Assembly (NCBI GenBank): GCA_965216315.1
Contig: CBDCFN010000016.1
Location: forward strand, 832,001 to 896,000
Direction: 5' to 3'
Source of the DNA: a bacterium
GTDB taxonomy: Bacteria; UBA10199; 2-02-FULL-50-16; JAJFLM01
Length of the DNA stretch: 64,000 nt
This document shows, one piece after another, positions 32,917 through 42,862 of the stretch. The position numbers were made by a program, and so were the translations under genes. Within the stretch, counting starts at the first letter, position 1. Each line of letters starts with the position of its first letter. The notes beneath the pieces are model-generated. The model worked only from the letters and a program-made list of their open reading frames with translations, ran no database searches and was not told the DNA's origin.

Positions 32917-32923
32917 GTAATAG

Positions 32924-33007
32924 TGCCCGGGAATGGACTCGAACCATCACAGGGTTGCCCCCACATGAACCTGAATCATGCGCGTCTACCAATTCCGCCA
33001 CCCGGGC
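32924..33007 (-). tRNA. tRNA-Leu (anticodon CAG)
   Basis: GCCCGGG acceptor stem, GGCGGAATTGGTAGACGC D arm, CATGA-TTCAGGT-TCATG anticodon arm, long variable arm, GGTTCGAGTCC T arm. CCA not encoded (followed by CTA). Confidence 0.96.
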
Positions 33008-33132
33008 GAGGCGTCGTTCGTAGCCCATCCACCGGGACGCCTGCAAGGCAAATCCGATTATAACGCAAGTTGCTTATATTATTAAATAATTTACTACCAC
33101 CTCAGCGCGATTTTTAATACAATGCCCTCTTC

Positions 33133-36100
33133 ATGTCGCCGATTATCGCCTTTTTCATCAAGCACAGACGCGTCACGCACATGTTGGTTGTTCTGGTCCT
33201 CTTCGCCGGGCTCTTTTCGATGTCTCGGGTTCAGCGCCAAAAATTTCCCTCGTTTGCGTTGGATATCCTGAAAATTTCGGTCGTTTACCCGGGGGCCAGC
33301 CCCGAGGATATCGAAGTGAATGTTGTCGACCCGATTGAAGACGAACTGATCGAGGTTGAGGACATTGATGAGATCAAAAGTATCTCGATGGAAAATTTTG
33401 CAATGATCATGATCTATATTGATCCTGATGCTGCCGATATTCAGGAGGTCAAGGCGGATGTGCGGGCGGCAATCGATCGTGTTTCAGGGCTTCCGGATAG
33501 GGCAGAGACTCCGCAAATAGAGGAATTGCGCTCATCAAGTGTGCCGACACTGGAACTTGCATTGACAGGGACAGCTCCAGAACGGGTGTTGCGGGAATTC
33601 GCGCATGACCTTGAAATTGACATCAAAAATATTTCCGGTGTGGGGAGCATCGAGAAGGTCGGATATAGAAAGCGGGAAGTCCATATCTCTGTCGACCATG
33701 ATAAACTTGAAGAAATGCATGTTTCATTGAATGAAGTGATGCATGCGGTTCGGGCGCGCAACGTCCGTCAGGCAGGCGGGACATTGCAATCTTACGTCTC
33801 CGAGGCCGACATTGTGACATTTTCCGAATACGAGGATCCGCTTGATGTAGCTGATGTAATCATTCGATCGACTTTTACCGGAGAACACGTTCGTATCTCT
33901 GATATTGCTGATGTGGGAGAGACATTCGAAGATCATGAGATTATCACGCGTGCCAATGGGGATAGCGCCATATCGTTGATCATTAGGCCGCAAGAGCATG
34001 CGGATATTATCACGCTTTCAGAGAATATTATGGAGCGCGTCAGTCAGTTTCGGCGTCGGCTTCCGGCGCATATTAAAGTAGAGCCGCTTTATGATATCTC
34101 AAAATACACCGGCAGTTTGCTGAAGATCGTTTCATACAATGCCTTGATAGGGTTTTGTTTGGTTCTTTTTGTGTTGGCGTTTTTTCTTGATCTGCATACC
34201 GCATTTGGACGGCTTTTGGCCTGCCCGTTACCATTTTAGGATCATTTATCCTCTTTTTGCCTATGGGAATCACTTTAAACGTCATCAGTTTGTCTGCTCT
34301 GATTCTTGTCTTAGGGATCATGGTCGATGACGCTATTATCATTGCTGAAAATGTCCACCGTTATAAGGAGAAGGGGATGGCGCCCGTGGCTGCGACGGTG
34401 GAAGGAGTTAGCAATGTCTTGGCGCCTATTGCTGCATCAACTCTGACAACGATGTTTGCGTTTATGCCCATGCTGTTTATAGGTGGCATTTCCGGCAAAC
34501 TTCTTTGGACCGTTCCTGTCGTTGTTATCATTGTTATATTGGCTTCTTTAGTAGAATCGAGCTTGTTGCTGCCCTGCCATATTGCCTATACCGACGTTTC
34601 AAAGATAAATCCTTTGAGAACCCGTTGGTTGAGGCCGATCATTTGTCTTTATCGCTGGATTATTCGGCTATGCCTTCGCTTTAGGAAGAGCGTATTATTC
34701 CTGTTGATCGCTTTTTCCTTATGCGTCTTCTGGCAAGCGAAAGAAAAATTACAGACGGTTCTGTTTCCCCAAGAAGATCCAAATATATTCTTTATTGTCA
34801 TTGAAACGCCTCGAAATACACCGTTGGAAACAACATCTCGCAAAATCGTCGAAATAGAAAAAATTGTTGATGAAGTCGTTCCGGCACGGGCGAGGCAAAG
34901 TGTTGTCACTCGTATTGGCCATCATGATACAGATGTTTATGGTGACAGCCTAGGTCGCTATGATAATTGGGCATTGCTTAGCGTGTATCTGCACCCCTCG
35001 GAAGAACGAGATGTCCTGTCTGAAGATCTGATGGAGAAGCTTGAAAAACGCTTTGAAGGGCTAGCGGGATATGAGCGCTTGAGCGTTATTGCTCAGGATG
35101 ACAGCCCGCCGGTAGGGAAGCCGATTACCGTTATTTATTCGTCATATCATGACGATACCCGCAATAAATTGGAGCAGCAAACTATCGAGTTCCTCAAGGG
35201 CCTCGATGGTGTGTTTGCCATTCAGACCAGTAATGTGGAAGGGAAAAATGAGCTGCGGTTATTGCTTGATCATGAGCAGATGGCCCGCTTTGGGATTACG
35301 GCGATGCAAGTCGCTCAGACTGTAAGGGCAGCATTTGAAGGCGAGGTTGTGACGTCTATCCGACGCGAGGGCGAAGAGATTGATTTCCGAGTTCGTTTGC
35401 AGAATCCAGCAAAATATCGTGCCGAAGGGATCCGCAGTTTGCTTATTGCAAACAATCAAGGGGATTTGGTGCAACTTGGCAGCTTTGCTCGCTTAGGCCC
35501 GGCTCGTGGTGCCGCCGCGCTACACCATTATGATGGAGACCGATCTGTGACCATTACGGCAGAAGTCGACCCGCGTAAAATTACGTCTATGCAGGCAAGC
35601 GACTTGATTCGAGACAAATTTGAGCCGCTTCTGTTGCAATATTGGGGGGTCACGATGGAAGTGACAGGGGAGGCGAAACAAACACGTGAGAATATGAAGG
35701 ACTTTTTGTGGGCCATGCTCATTGCATTGGTTGCAATCTATATTCTTTTAGTTGTTGTCTTTGATTCTTATGCCCAGCCGTTTATGGTGATGTCGGTGAT
35801 TCCCTATGCCGTTGTCGGGGTTCTCCTGACTCTATTGATGCATGGCCTCCCGATGAGCTTTGTTGCGACTGTTGGCTTGCTTGGTTTGTTCGGCGTGGTC
35901 GTTAATGATACGATTGTCATGACAGCTAGAATTAACGAGTTTTGTGCAATTAAAGGCAAGACGCTTGATGCCGTCGCGGAAGGGGCGGCAAGTCGTTTTC
36001 GGGCGGTGGTTCTTACGTCCGTGACGACATTTGTTGCCTTGATACCGACGGCCTACGGAATTGGCGGCAAGCTTCATTTTGTCAGGCCGATGATACTCGT

Positions 36101-36188
36101 TCTGGCATGGGGGATCGCATTTGCGACCATAATTTCGCTCGTGATGATTCCCACGCTTTATGCGCTATTGGAGCGGATTCGGAAGTAG
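33133..36188 (+). pseudogene. RND-family (AcrB-like) transporter split by a 1-nt frameshift
   Basis: ORFs 33133-34239 and 34257-36188 are the N- and C-parts of one RND permease (YPGASPEDIE; LGIMVDDAIIIAEN; GVVVNDTIV; RFRAVVLTSVTT). One extra T at 34204-34206 restores AFWTAFGLPV. May be a sequencing error. Confidence 0.8.
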
Positions 36189-36196
36189 CGTCTTCG

Positions 36197-36787
36197 TCAG
36201 GAGGATGATGCGTAGAAGGGTTGGGTTCCTGATGCATGATCCGTTTCATCGACAACGGCGACGATCTCGGGAATGGCCTCTTTAATCCTGGTTTCAATAC
36301 CTTGCTTCAAGGTAACGGCAGCCATGCCACAGCCCTGACAGCCCCCACCCATAAGCAAATAGACTATATTATCCTTGACCGCGACGAGACGTGCGAAGCC
36401 ACCATGGGCGGCGATGCCTGGATTGATTTCATTGACGAGGATGTCATGGACTTTTTTGACTAATGGGTCAGAAAGATCAATCTCAACCCCTTCTGCGATT
36501 GGACTGGTTGCCTTAGGCTCAATTTTGAATCCCGTCGAGAGTTCGGACTCAATGAAATCGACGGTGGCTTCATTAAGTTGGCCGGCCGAGACTTCGTCGA
36601 TGAGGATCTTGACTTCACCCACATCGATGATGACATCAGACTCCTGTGCCTTGCTTAGCTCAGTAATCGAGAAGGCATAGTCATTCTTGGTCCGCAGCAT
36701 GATACGTATGCCCCATTCATTGCGATCACGGTCTTTAAGGTAGAAAAGCATCTTTTCGAGGGCAATATCAGTAACATTTAAATCCAT
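36197..36787 (-). CDS. nfuA: NfuA-like Fe-S cluster carrier
   Basis: Cys-less A-type-carrier-like N-domain plus Nfu domain INPGIAAHGG..GGGCQGC..DETDH. Start trimmed to ATG 36787. Confidence 0.85.
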   Translation of the reverse strand: MDLNVTDIALEKMLFYLKDRDRNEWGIRIMLRTKNDYAFSITELSKAQESDVIIDVGEVKILIDEVSAGQLNEATVDFIESELSTGFKIEPKATSPIAEGVEIDLSDPLVKKVHDILVNEINPGIAAHGGFARLVAVKDNIVYLLMGGGCQGCGMAAVTLKQGIETRIKEAIPEIVAVVDETDHASGTQPFYASSS

Positions 36788-36903
36788 TAATAATCCTTTA
36801 GTATGGGTTCTTCGCGGAACCAATTATGACCTGTACTCCTGAAAGTCTATGTTGTAGAGAGCCGGGTGTCAACTGGCTGATTTTCAATGTATCTGGAATA
36901 GTT

Positions 36904-37752
36904 ATGCATTTTGCCTCTGATGAAACATATGCTCACCCACCGTACTTGCAGATCACTCTCGATCAGTTTCAATTAATTGGTCGCAGTATTGCCGGCATCG
37001 AGACGGTGCTCTGTATTCCGCAATGGAACCTTTGCTTTGATGCCGGGCGGAGTCCGGATTTTGCTTTTGCTCAAAATTATTTGGCACTGACGCATTGGCA
37101 TTTGGATCATGCAGGAGGCATTGCCTATTATCTGGGGCTCCGCCATCTCAATGGCCTCGAGCCACTTAATATCATCATGCCGCGAGCCAAGATCGATCAG
37201 GCCGCCGAATATCTTCACCGTTTGAGACAGCTGAGTGAGAGCGAGCTCGATTACCAATTATGTGCGGCCGAAGAGGATTTGCCTCTTCCGCATCATAGGG
37301 TGCTGAAGGGGACTGAAAATTTTCACTGCACTCCGAGCACGGGCTATTTAGTCGAGCTGACGAAACATCATCTTAAAGAGGAATTTCAAGGGAAGTCGGC
37401 TGATGAAATTGTCTCGGCCAAGCAAAACGGTATTGCTGTTGAAGACGAAGTTTCTGAGCTGGTGTTGGCGGTTTCAGGCGACAGTAAGGGAGAGTTTCTG
37501 GAGACGGAAGCCGTTAAGGCCAAGCATCTGATTATGGAGTGCTCTTTTTTTGGAGATACGAGCAATTATGAAAAAATTCGTGCCTATGGGCACACGCATA
37601 TTGCTGATTGGAAACGATATGCGGATAAAATAGCAAGCCCGCATGTCATCATGTCACATACCTCGCAACGCTATTCAAGGCAGGAGATTGAAGCGTCTTG
37701 TCGTAAATATCTTCCCAAAGACTTGCAGGATCGCCTGATTGTCCTTAGGTGA
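36904..37752 (+). CDS. MBL-fold hydrolase, short RNase Z-like
   Basis: THWHLDHAGG (HxHxDH), SGDS, ECSF, GHTH, HTSQRY. Start trimmed to ATG 36904. Confidence 0.75.
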   Translation: MHFASDETYAHPPYLQITLDQFQLIGRSIAGIETVLCIPQWNLCFDAGRSPDFAFAQNYLALTHWHLDHAGGIAYYLGLRHLNGLEPLNIIMPRAKIDQAAEYLHRLRQLSESELDYQLCAAEEDLPLPHHRVLKGTENFHCTPSTGYLVELTKHHLKEEFQGKSADEIVSAKQNGIAVEDEVSELVLAVSGDSKGEFLETEAVKAKHLIMECSFFGDTSNYEKIRAYGHTHIADWKRYADKIASPHVIMSHTSQRYSRQEIEASCRKYLPKDLQDRLIVLR

Positions 37753-37758
37753 TTGCGT

Positions 37759-38937
37759 CTAGATCGTCCATAAGTTCTGCCGACGCAGGGCGTCGACCGC
37801 TTCAGTCAGACCGCTGACGCTGAGTGGAAACATTTTAAATATCTTGCCGATTTCATCAATCGTGGGGTGGTGCCAATAATGTTCCGGTTCGGGATTGAGC
37901 CAGACTGAGAGTGGATAATGCTGATGGAGGCGTTTGAGCCATTCAATGCCCGGAGTATCCTCATGAGACCAATAGTCGATGTTGCCGCCGGCAAAGAAGA
38001 GTTCGTAGGGATTCATGCAGGCGTCCCCAACGATGATCACGTAATGTGTTTTGCGGTAGCGGCGAAATAACTCATCAACGGAAATGGCGTTACGCCGATA
38101 TATGTCGGTATAGACCGAAGAATAAATGCAGTTATGGAAATAGTAGGAGTGAAAGGCTTTAAAATGGTTGGATGCATGGGCTGCGGAAAATAGAGCTTCG
38201 GCCATATGGGCATACATATCCATGCTACCGCCGGCATCCATCAGAAGAAGTAGCTCTGTTTGGTTCTTGCGAGGTGGGGCAAAGACGAGCTCGATGTCGC
38301 CGGCATTACGGCAGGTCTTGTCGATGGTGGCCTCCATTTGCAGTTCTTCCGGAAGGCCGATACGATCGAGCTTGCGCAACCGTTTGAGAGCCACCTTTAA
38401 CTGCCGTGTATCGAGGATGCGATCATTGCGGTAGTTTTTAAAACGCCTTTCTTCAGCTACTTGGACGGCGGAACGCCCGCCACCAGGCCCTCCAATGCGG
38501 ATTCCGGAAGGGTGGGCCCCTGAATGTCCAAAAGGTGACGTTCCTCCCGTGCCAATCCAATGGTTGCCGCCATGGTGTTCTTCCAGCTGCTCTTTAAGCC
38601 GCTCGAGAAAACGGCGGCGCAATTCTTCCAGGTCTAGCTTTTCCAGACCGGGAGGTAATTGCGGACGCTGAGCCGGGTCGACCATGCGATTGAGCCAATC
38701 TAACAACTCTTCCTTGATGTTAATGGATTCTTCGCCCTTGAAGCAGACGAGAAAAGCCTGGTCGAAGGCATCGTAGAGCGCTTCCGACTTCACGAGGATA
38801 GCGCGCGCTAAGTAATAAAACCGGGTAAGCGAGGATGCGGCCAAGTCCTGGCTCAGGGCCTCCATAAGAGTGACCCATTCTTGGGTGCCGACGGGAATCT
38901 TATGGGCGCGGAGGGTATATAAGAAGGGGATAAACAT
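37759..38937 (-). CDS. VWA-domain protein (CoxE-like)
   Basis: MIDAS-like DAGGSM, VGDACMNPYE, WLNP, HHGGNHWIGTGGTSPFG; follows MoxR. Confidence 0.85.
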   Translation of the reverse strand: MFIPFLYTLRAHKIPVGTQEWVTLMEALSQDLAASSLTRFYYLARAILVKSEALYDAFDQAFLVCFKGEESINIKEELLDWLNRMVDPAQRPQLPPGLEKLDLEELRRRFLERLKEQLEEHHGGNHWIGTGGTSPFGHSGAHPSGIRIGGPGGGRSAVQVAEERRFKNYRNDRILDTRQLKVALKRLRKLDRIGLPEELQMEATIDKTCRNAGDIELVFAPPRKNQTELLLLMDAGGSMDMYAHMAEALFSAAHASNHFKAFHSYYFHNCIYSSVYTDIYRRNAISVDELFRRYRKTHYVIIVGDACMNPYELFFAGGNIDYWSHEDTPGIEWLKRLHQHYPLSVWLNPEPEHYWHHPTIDEIGKIFKMFPLSVSGLTEAVDALRRQNLWTI

Positions 38938-38970
38938 TTATAGTTACTCGAACCACCCGGCGTCCAATCG

Positions 38971-39771
38971 TTATGATACATTCGGTAAGTCTTGTTCATT
39001 TTTAAGTAAGCAGCCGAGCAAAGGGGTGTCCGCGATGCCCTTGGCATCGACTCCCATGGCAATGAGGGCATGGAGCCAGTCAATGAGTTCCGACGTCGAA
39101 GGCGGTTTGCGTAGCTTATTCCAGCTGCGGATTTGATAAAATTTTTCCACGGCGGCTGCCATCAGTTTTTTGTCAATGTCAGGAAAGTGAACCTTGATGA
39201 TACGACCCATCAGCTCCATGTCAGGGAATTCAATAAAATGAAAGACGCAGCGACGCAGAAAGGCGTCGGGTAATTCTTTTTCCGAATTAGAAGTAATAAC
39301 GACCATCGGCCGCTGTTTGGCTTCAATGTGGGTATCCGTCTCCGGAATATGAAAGCGCATTTCATCGAGTTCCGCGAGGAGGTCGTTCGGGAACTCGAGA
39401 TCCGCTTTATCAATTTCATCGATGAGGAGGACGACCGGTTCATCCGCGACAAACGCCTCACCGAGCTTTCCGAGTTTTATGTAATGTTTGATGTCCGCGA
39501 CATCCCCGTCGCCAAAGCGGCTGTCATTGAGACGCTGGACGGTATCGTAGATATAGAGCCCATCAATCGCCTTGGTCGTCGACTTGATGTTCCAGCGGAT
39601 CAGCGGGCGGCCGACGGCCTCTGCAATCGAGGCGGCCAACAGTGTTTTTCCGGTCCCCGGTTCGCCTTTGAGGAGCAGGGGACGCTCAATGGCCAGTGAG
39701 ACGTTGACGACCTCCTGGAGGGCGTCCGAGGCGACGTAATTATTGGTTCCGGTGTAAATATCTTTTGCCAT
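38971..39771 (-). CDS. MoxR-family AAA+ ATPase
   Basis: GEPGTGKT, LLIDEIDKAD, ELPDAFLRRC. Confidence 0.92.
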   Translation of the reverse strand: MAKDIYTGTNNYVASDALQEVVNVSLAIERPLLLKGEPGTGKTLLAASIAEAVGRPLIRWNIKSTTKAIDGLYIYDTVQRLNDSRFGDGDVADIKHYIKLGKLGEAFVADEPVVLLIDEIDKADLEFPNDLLAELDEMRFHIPETDTHIEAKQRPMVVITSNSEKELPDAFLRRCVFHFIEFPDMELMGRIIKVHFPDIDKKLMAAAVEKFYQIRSWNKLRKPPSTSELIDWLHALIAMGVDAKGIADTPLLGCLLKNEQDLPNVS

Positions 39772-39823
39772 GGGGGATTAGACTTAGCGAATTATGGGCG
39801 CTGGATCAAGTTGCATGGGGACA

Positions 39824-39849
39824 CAACTTTTAAACGCCGGCGCCGATAG
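39824..39849 (+). promoter_or_regulatory. Putative alternative-sigma promoter, copy 4
   Basis: CAACT-N13-GCCGATAG immediately 5' of orphan ORF 39856/39865. Confidence 0.65.
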
Positions 39850-39855
39850 GTTGGC

Positions 39856-40320
39856 ATGCCCTATATGGCCCATATTCCCCTCATGCAGGGTCTCAGCATC
39901 AGTTACGTCGAGGCATTGATGTTTCAGCGTCAAGCCTATACGGCGGCGGCGCAGGCTAAACTGGGGCCTTTTCTGACGGCCGCCGGCAGTACGCTGGAGC
40001 GATTCCAGCGTGATGTCATTCAGGCTCCGGGGGCTATTTTGATGAAAAAAAGCGATTTGGAGGCGATGACGGCGTTTACGGTTATGACCGCAACACCAGC
40101 TGATTTATATGCTTGGAGTGATAGTCTCGGTTGTGACTGGCTGGCGCAGATTCATTTGAATGCGAGTTTTCACTCCACGGCCCACTATGCGCGCGCCTTT
40201 AACGAACGCCATCGATCCGCTGATTTTCATATCGCTGAGCCGGAATATTTTCCGTGGATTGATTTTTCGCTACAATTATCGCCGTCAATATTGGTGGGTA
40301 TCGACGCGGGCCTGCATTAA
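39856..40320 (+). CDS. Hypothetical protein (start may be ATG 39865)
   Basis: 154-aa ORF, no family recognised. Confidence 0.65.
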   Translation: MPYMAHIPLMQGLSISYVEALMFQRQAYTAAAQAKLGPFLTAAGSTLERFQRDVIQAPGAILMKKSDLEAMTAFTVMTATPADLYAWSDSLGCDWLAQIHLNASFHSTAHYARAFNERHRSADFHIAEPEYFPWIDFSLQLSPSILVGIDAGLH

Positions 40321-40368
40321 GGCCTCACTAAAAAAATAAATAATTACAATTAGTTAATGTGTTTTAAG

Positions 40369-40395
40369 CAACTAAACAGTCTTCAGTGCCGATAT
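40369..40395 (+). promoter_or_regulatory. Putative alternative-sigma promoter, copy 5 (14-nt spacer)
   Basis: CAACT-N14-GCCGATAT upstream of the HTH gene. Confidence 0.45.
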
Positions 40396-40448
40396 ATCAT
40401 TTTAGATATAATTGGGCTAGACGAGGTATATCACTAATGATATATAAT
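40393..40448 (+). promoter_or_regulatory. Two palindromic operators plus a -10 box upstream of the HTH gene
   Basis: TATATCA-TTTT-AGATATA (40393-40410), perfect TATATCA-CTAA-TGATATA (40427-40444), TATAAT at 40443-40448. Confidence 0.65.
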
Positions 40449-40453
40449 TATCA

Positions 40454-40825
40454 ATGGCAGCACACAAGAGCGAGATAGAATTTGATACATTGTTAGGGAC
40501 TGCACGTTTTGTGGCGGATTTCCGTATTCCTGCCGCTGCAAGAGAAGTTATTGAAAAAAGCATCGCAAAGGCTTTTGAGGATTATATTCCCGCGAGTGAA
40601 GTGCAGAAGAAAATCAAAAAAGATATTGATTGGGTTGATACGCCCAGAGGGGCACTGGTTGTATTTATGACGGCTCAAGGATTGACTCAAAAGAAACTCG
40701 CTAAAAAAACCGGGATTAATCAACCGAATATATCTGCGATGGTTAATGGGCGCCGCCCTATTACAGTGAAGACCGCGAAGTTGTTAGGGAAGGCGTTTGG
40801 GGTGAGTCATAAGTTGTTTCTTTGA
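40454..40825 (+). CDS. Xre/HigA-like helix-turn-helix protein
   Basis: C-terminal GLTQKKLAKKTGINQPNISAMVNGRRPITVKTAKLLGKAF. Confidence 0.85.
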   Translation: MAAHKSEIEFDTLLGTARFVADFRIPAAAREVIEKSIAKAFEDYIPASEVQKKIKKDIDWVDTPRGALVVFMTAQGLTQKKLAKKTGINQPNISAMVNGRRPITVKTAKLLGKAFGVSHKLFL

Positions 40826-40899
40826 GTGCTATGATGTCTTCGTGTTGGTGAAGTATATGTATTTTGAGAATATTTTATTGAATATATGCTTAGATTGTC

Positions 40900-41730
40900 A
40901 TGAAGAAATCTCACGAAATAAATTTAGAAATATACCAAGTTACTGAAGAAACTCTTTTGTATGATTATTTTTGCTTGTCCTCTCAAGTAAATGCAATGTC
41001 AGCTGAGGCAAACTACGAGAAATACCAAAAAACAAAAGATGGCTTTGAAAGGCTAAGTATTTTCCTTGCACAGAATGCACTCTTTGTTAATAGCTTGGAA
41101 GACACGGCTAGATTTTTGAATGCTATAAGTCTCAGTAAGGATTCTCAATCGTCTCTTTTTTCTCATCTTGCTGATAGAAGTAACTCATGTGGTTGGTTTG
41201 ATAAGGTATTAGATCATGCCACTGATCTTTCTAAGTTTCTAATATGGCTTGGGTTAGATCTGAAGCTTTTGGCTGATAGCACGGAGAAGCAATTTAAAGT
41301 ATCTCGTGACGAATGCCTAAGTAGCCTTGACGAACACTTCAATGCTTTAATGAATAGTATAAAAATGTGCCATACATATAAGATGCAACGGCAGGCTAGT
41401 TATAATAAGACGAAGCATGGTAAATCGGTATTCAGTAATCACCCTTTGTTTTTGAACAATCCAGATCAGATTGTGAAAGGTAGTGGGCCATATTTTGTCG
41501 TCGAAGCGAATAGCAACGGCGGATCTATGTGTCTCAGTGGATTTGGTATTCCATATACGGAAAATGATTTTAAAAAATTTACGTCAAATATTTTTATTAT
41601 GTCTGAAGTAATACGTGACCTAATCGTTTTGTATGCACTGCAACACTATCCAAAATTGGTTGAGAAACTACAGGGCCTTGAGAAAGACCAATCAAAGTTT
41701 AGAAGACGTTTTCCTGATTTATTTGATTAA
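40900..41730 (+). CDS. Hypothetical AT-rich protein (possible HEPN-like)
   Basis: 276-aa ORF in visibly low-GC DNA; largely helical-looking; contains RQASYNKTKHG. Confidence 0.7.
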   Translation: MKKSHEINLEIYQVTEETLLYDYFCLSSQVNAMSAEANYEKYQKTKDGFERLSIFLAQNALFVNSLEDTARFLNAISLSKDSQSSLFSHLADRSNSCGWFDKVLDHATDLSKFLIWLGLDLKLLADSTEKQFKVSRDECLSSLDEHFNALMNSIKMCHTYKMQRQASYNKTKHGKSVFSNHPLFLNNPDQIVKGSGPYFVVEANSNGGSMCLSGFGIPYTENDFKKFTSNIFIMSEVIRDLIVLYALQHYPKLVEKLQGLEKDQSKFRRRFPDLFD

Positions 41731-41768
41731 TGATATGCGATCTACTTAATCATTAGTAAAAAATCATA

Positions 41769-42101
41769 TCAAAAATGACACATCTTGCGACTGGTATGGC
41801 ATTCGGCGCTGCCTTCGGAGCGTTCCCAGTTTTTGCTCTTTGGCTTGGCGCCCGGTTGCGGGCGTGAGATGACGACCGGGATGTATTTGCTGGTCCGGTA
41901 GCGGCAGACGACTTTGTCGGTTTCGATGACCGCGGATTTCCAGTAGGCCCCGCGGGAGTAGGAATTGTCTTCGACTTTCCATCCTTCCGGAGGATACTTT
42001 TTAAGCAAAGGACAGACCTCGGCCCAAAGTATAGAAGCTGGAAGTAATAGCATCCCCAGGGTCGCTATACGGATGAGTATTTTTGTTTGTCTCCGTTTCA
42101 T
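41769..42101 (-). CDS. Small exported 4-Cys protein (DUF3757-like)
   Basis: Signal peptide ending ILWA, then CP...W...VCRY...W...C....CHF pattern. Family call from pattern recall only. Confidence 0.55.
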   Translation of the reverse strand: MKRRQTKILIRIATLGMLLLPASILWAEVCPLLKKYPPEGWKVEDNSYSRGAYWKSAVIETDKVVCRYRTSKYIPVVISRPQPGAKPKSKNWERSEGSAECHTSRKMCHF

Positions 42102-42160
42102 GCGCCCTGCATTACGGAATAAAATTGCGAAGGTCAAGGTCAGGATGTATAAGAGAGTCC

Positions 42161-42862
42161 ATGGCTCGTCGAGCAACTCAATTACGCCCTATTAAAATAA
42201 AACCCAAGCCGATCAAGACGGCCGATGGCTCCTGTGAGATTTCCTTTGGTGATACGCGGGTGATTTGCACCGCCATGTGGGAAGAGGGGGTGCCTCCTTG
42301 GAAGCAAGGGCATGGGAGTGGTTGGGTGACGGCTGAGTACGGGATGCTGCCGGGCTCCTCCCCGCAGCGGATCAAGCGCAAACATTCCAGTCGTGCGACC
42401 GAAATTCAACGTCTCATCGGACGCTCTTTGCGGGCGGTAACGGATTTGGAGGCGCTGGGTGAGAATATGATCAATGTCGATTGCGATGTTATTCAGGCGG
42501 ATGGTGGCACGCGCACGGCGGCGATTACGGGCGGCTTTGTTGCGATGGTCTATGCCATGGTGAAGGCGAAGAAAAATAAGATTATTTCGGAGATTCCCGT
42601 TAAAGATTATGTTGCGGCGGTATCGGTTGGGATTATCAATAATCGACTTTGCCTGGACTTGGATTACGAGCTCGATTCGCGTGCCGATGTGGATATGAAT
42701 GTCGTGATGACCGGATCCGGCAAGCTCATTGAAGTGCAGGGAACGGCGGAAGGCGATCCATTCAGCCGGCGGGAGCTTAATGATTTGGTTACGCTGGCGG
42801 CCAAAGGAATTCGCAAACTAATGGACGGTCAGAAAAAGTTGATTGGTAAGTACATCGACTAG
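42161..42862 (+). CDS. rph: Ribonuclease PH
   Basis: GWVTAEYGMLP, EIQRLIGRSLR, CDVIQADGGTRTA, EVQGTAEG. Confidence 0.96.
   Translation: MARRATQLRPIKIKPKPIKTADGSCEISFGDTRVICTAMWEEGVPPWKQGHGSGWVTAEYGMLPGSSPQRIKRKHSSRATEIQRLIGRSLRAVTDLEALGENMINVDCDVIQADGGTRTAAITGGFVAMVYAMVKAKKNKIISEIPVKDYVAAVSVGIINNRLCLDLDYELDSRADVDMNVVMTGSGKLIEVQGTAEGDPFSRRELNDLVTLAAKGIRKLMDGQKKLIGKYID

Noticed and set aside
33035..33060. Further copy of the alternative-sigma motif (TCCGATTA)
   Set aside because: No CAAC at the required spacing; the region more likely carries the tRNA promoter on the opposite strand.
32924..36188. tRNA-anchored genomic island or prophage
   Set aside because: No integrase and no duplicated tRNA 3' end were seen; the RND gene lies on the 5' side of the tRNA.
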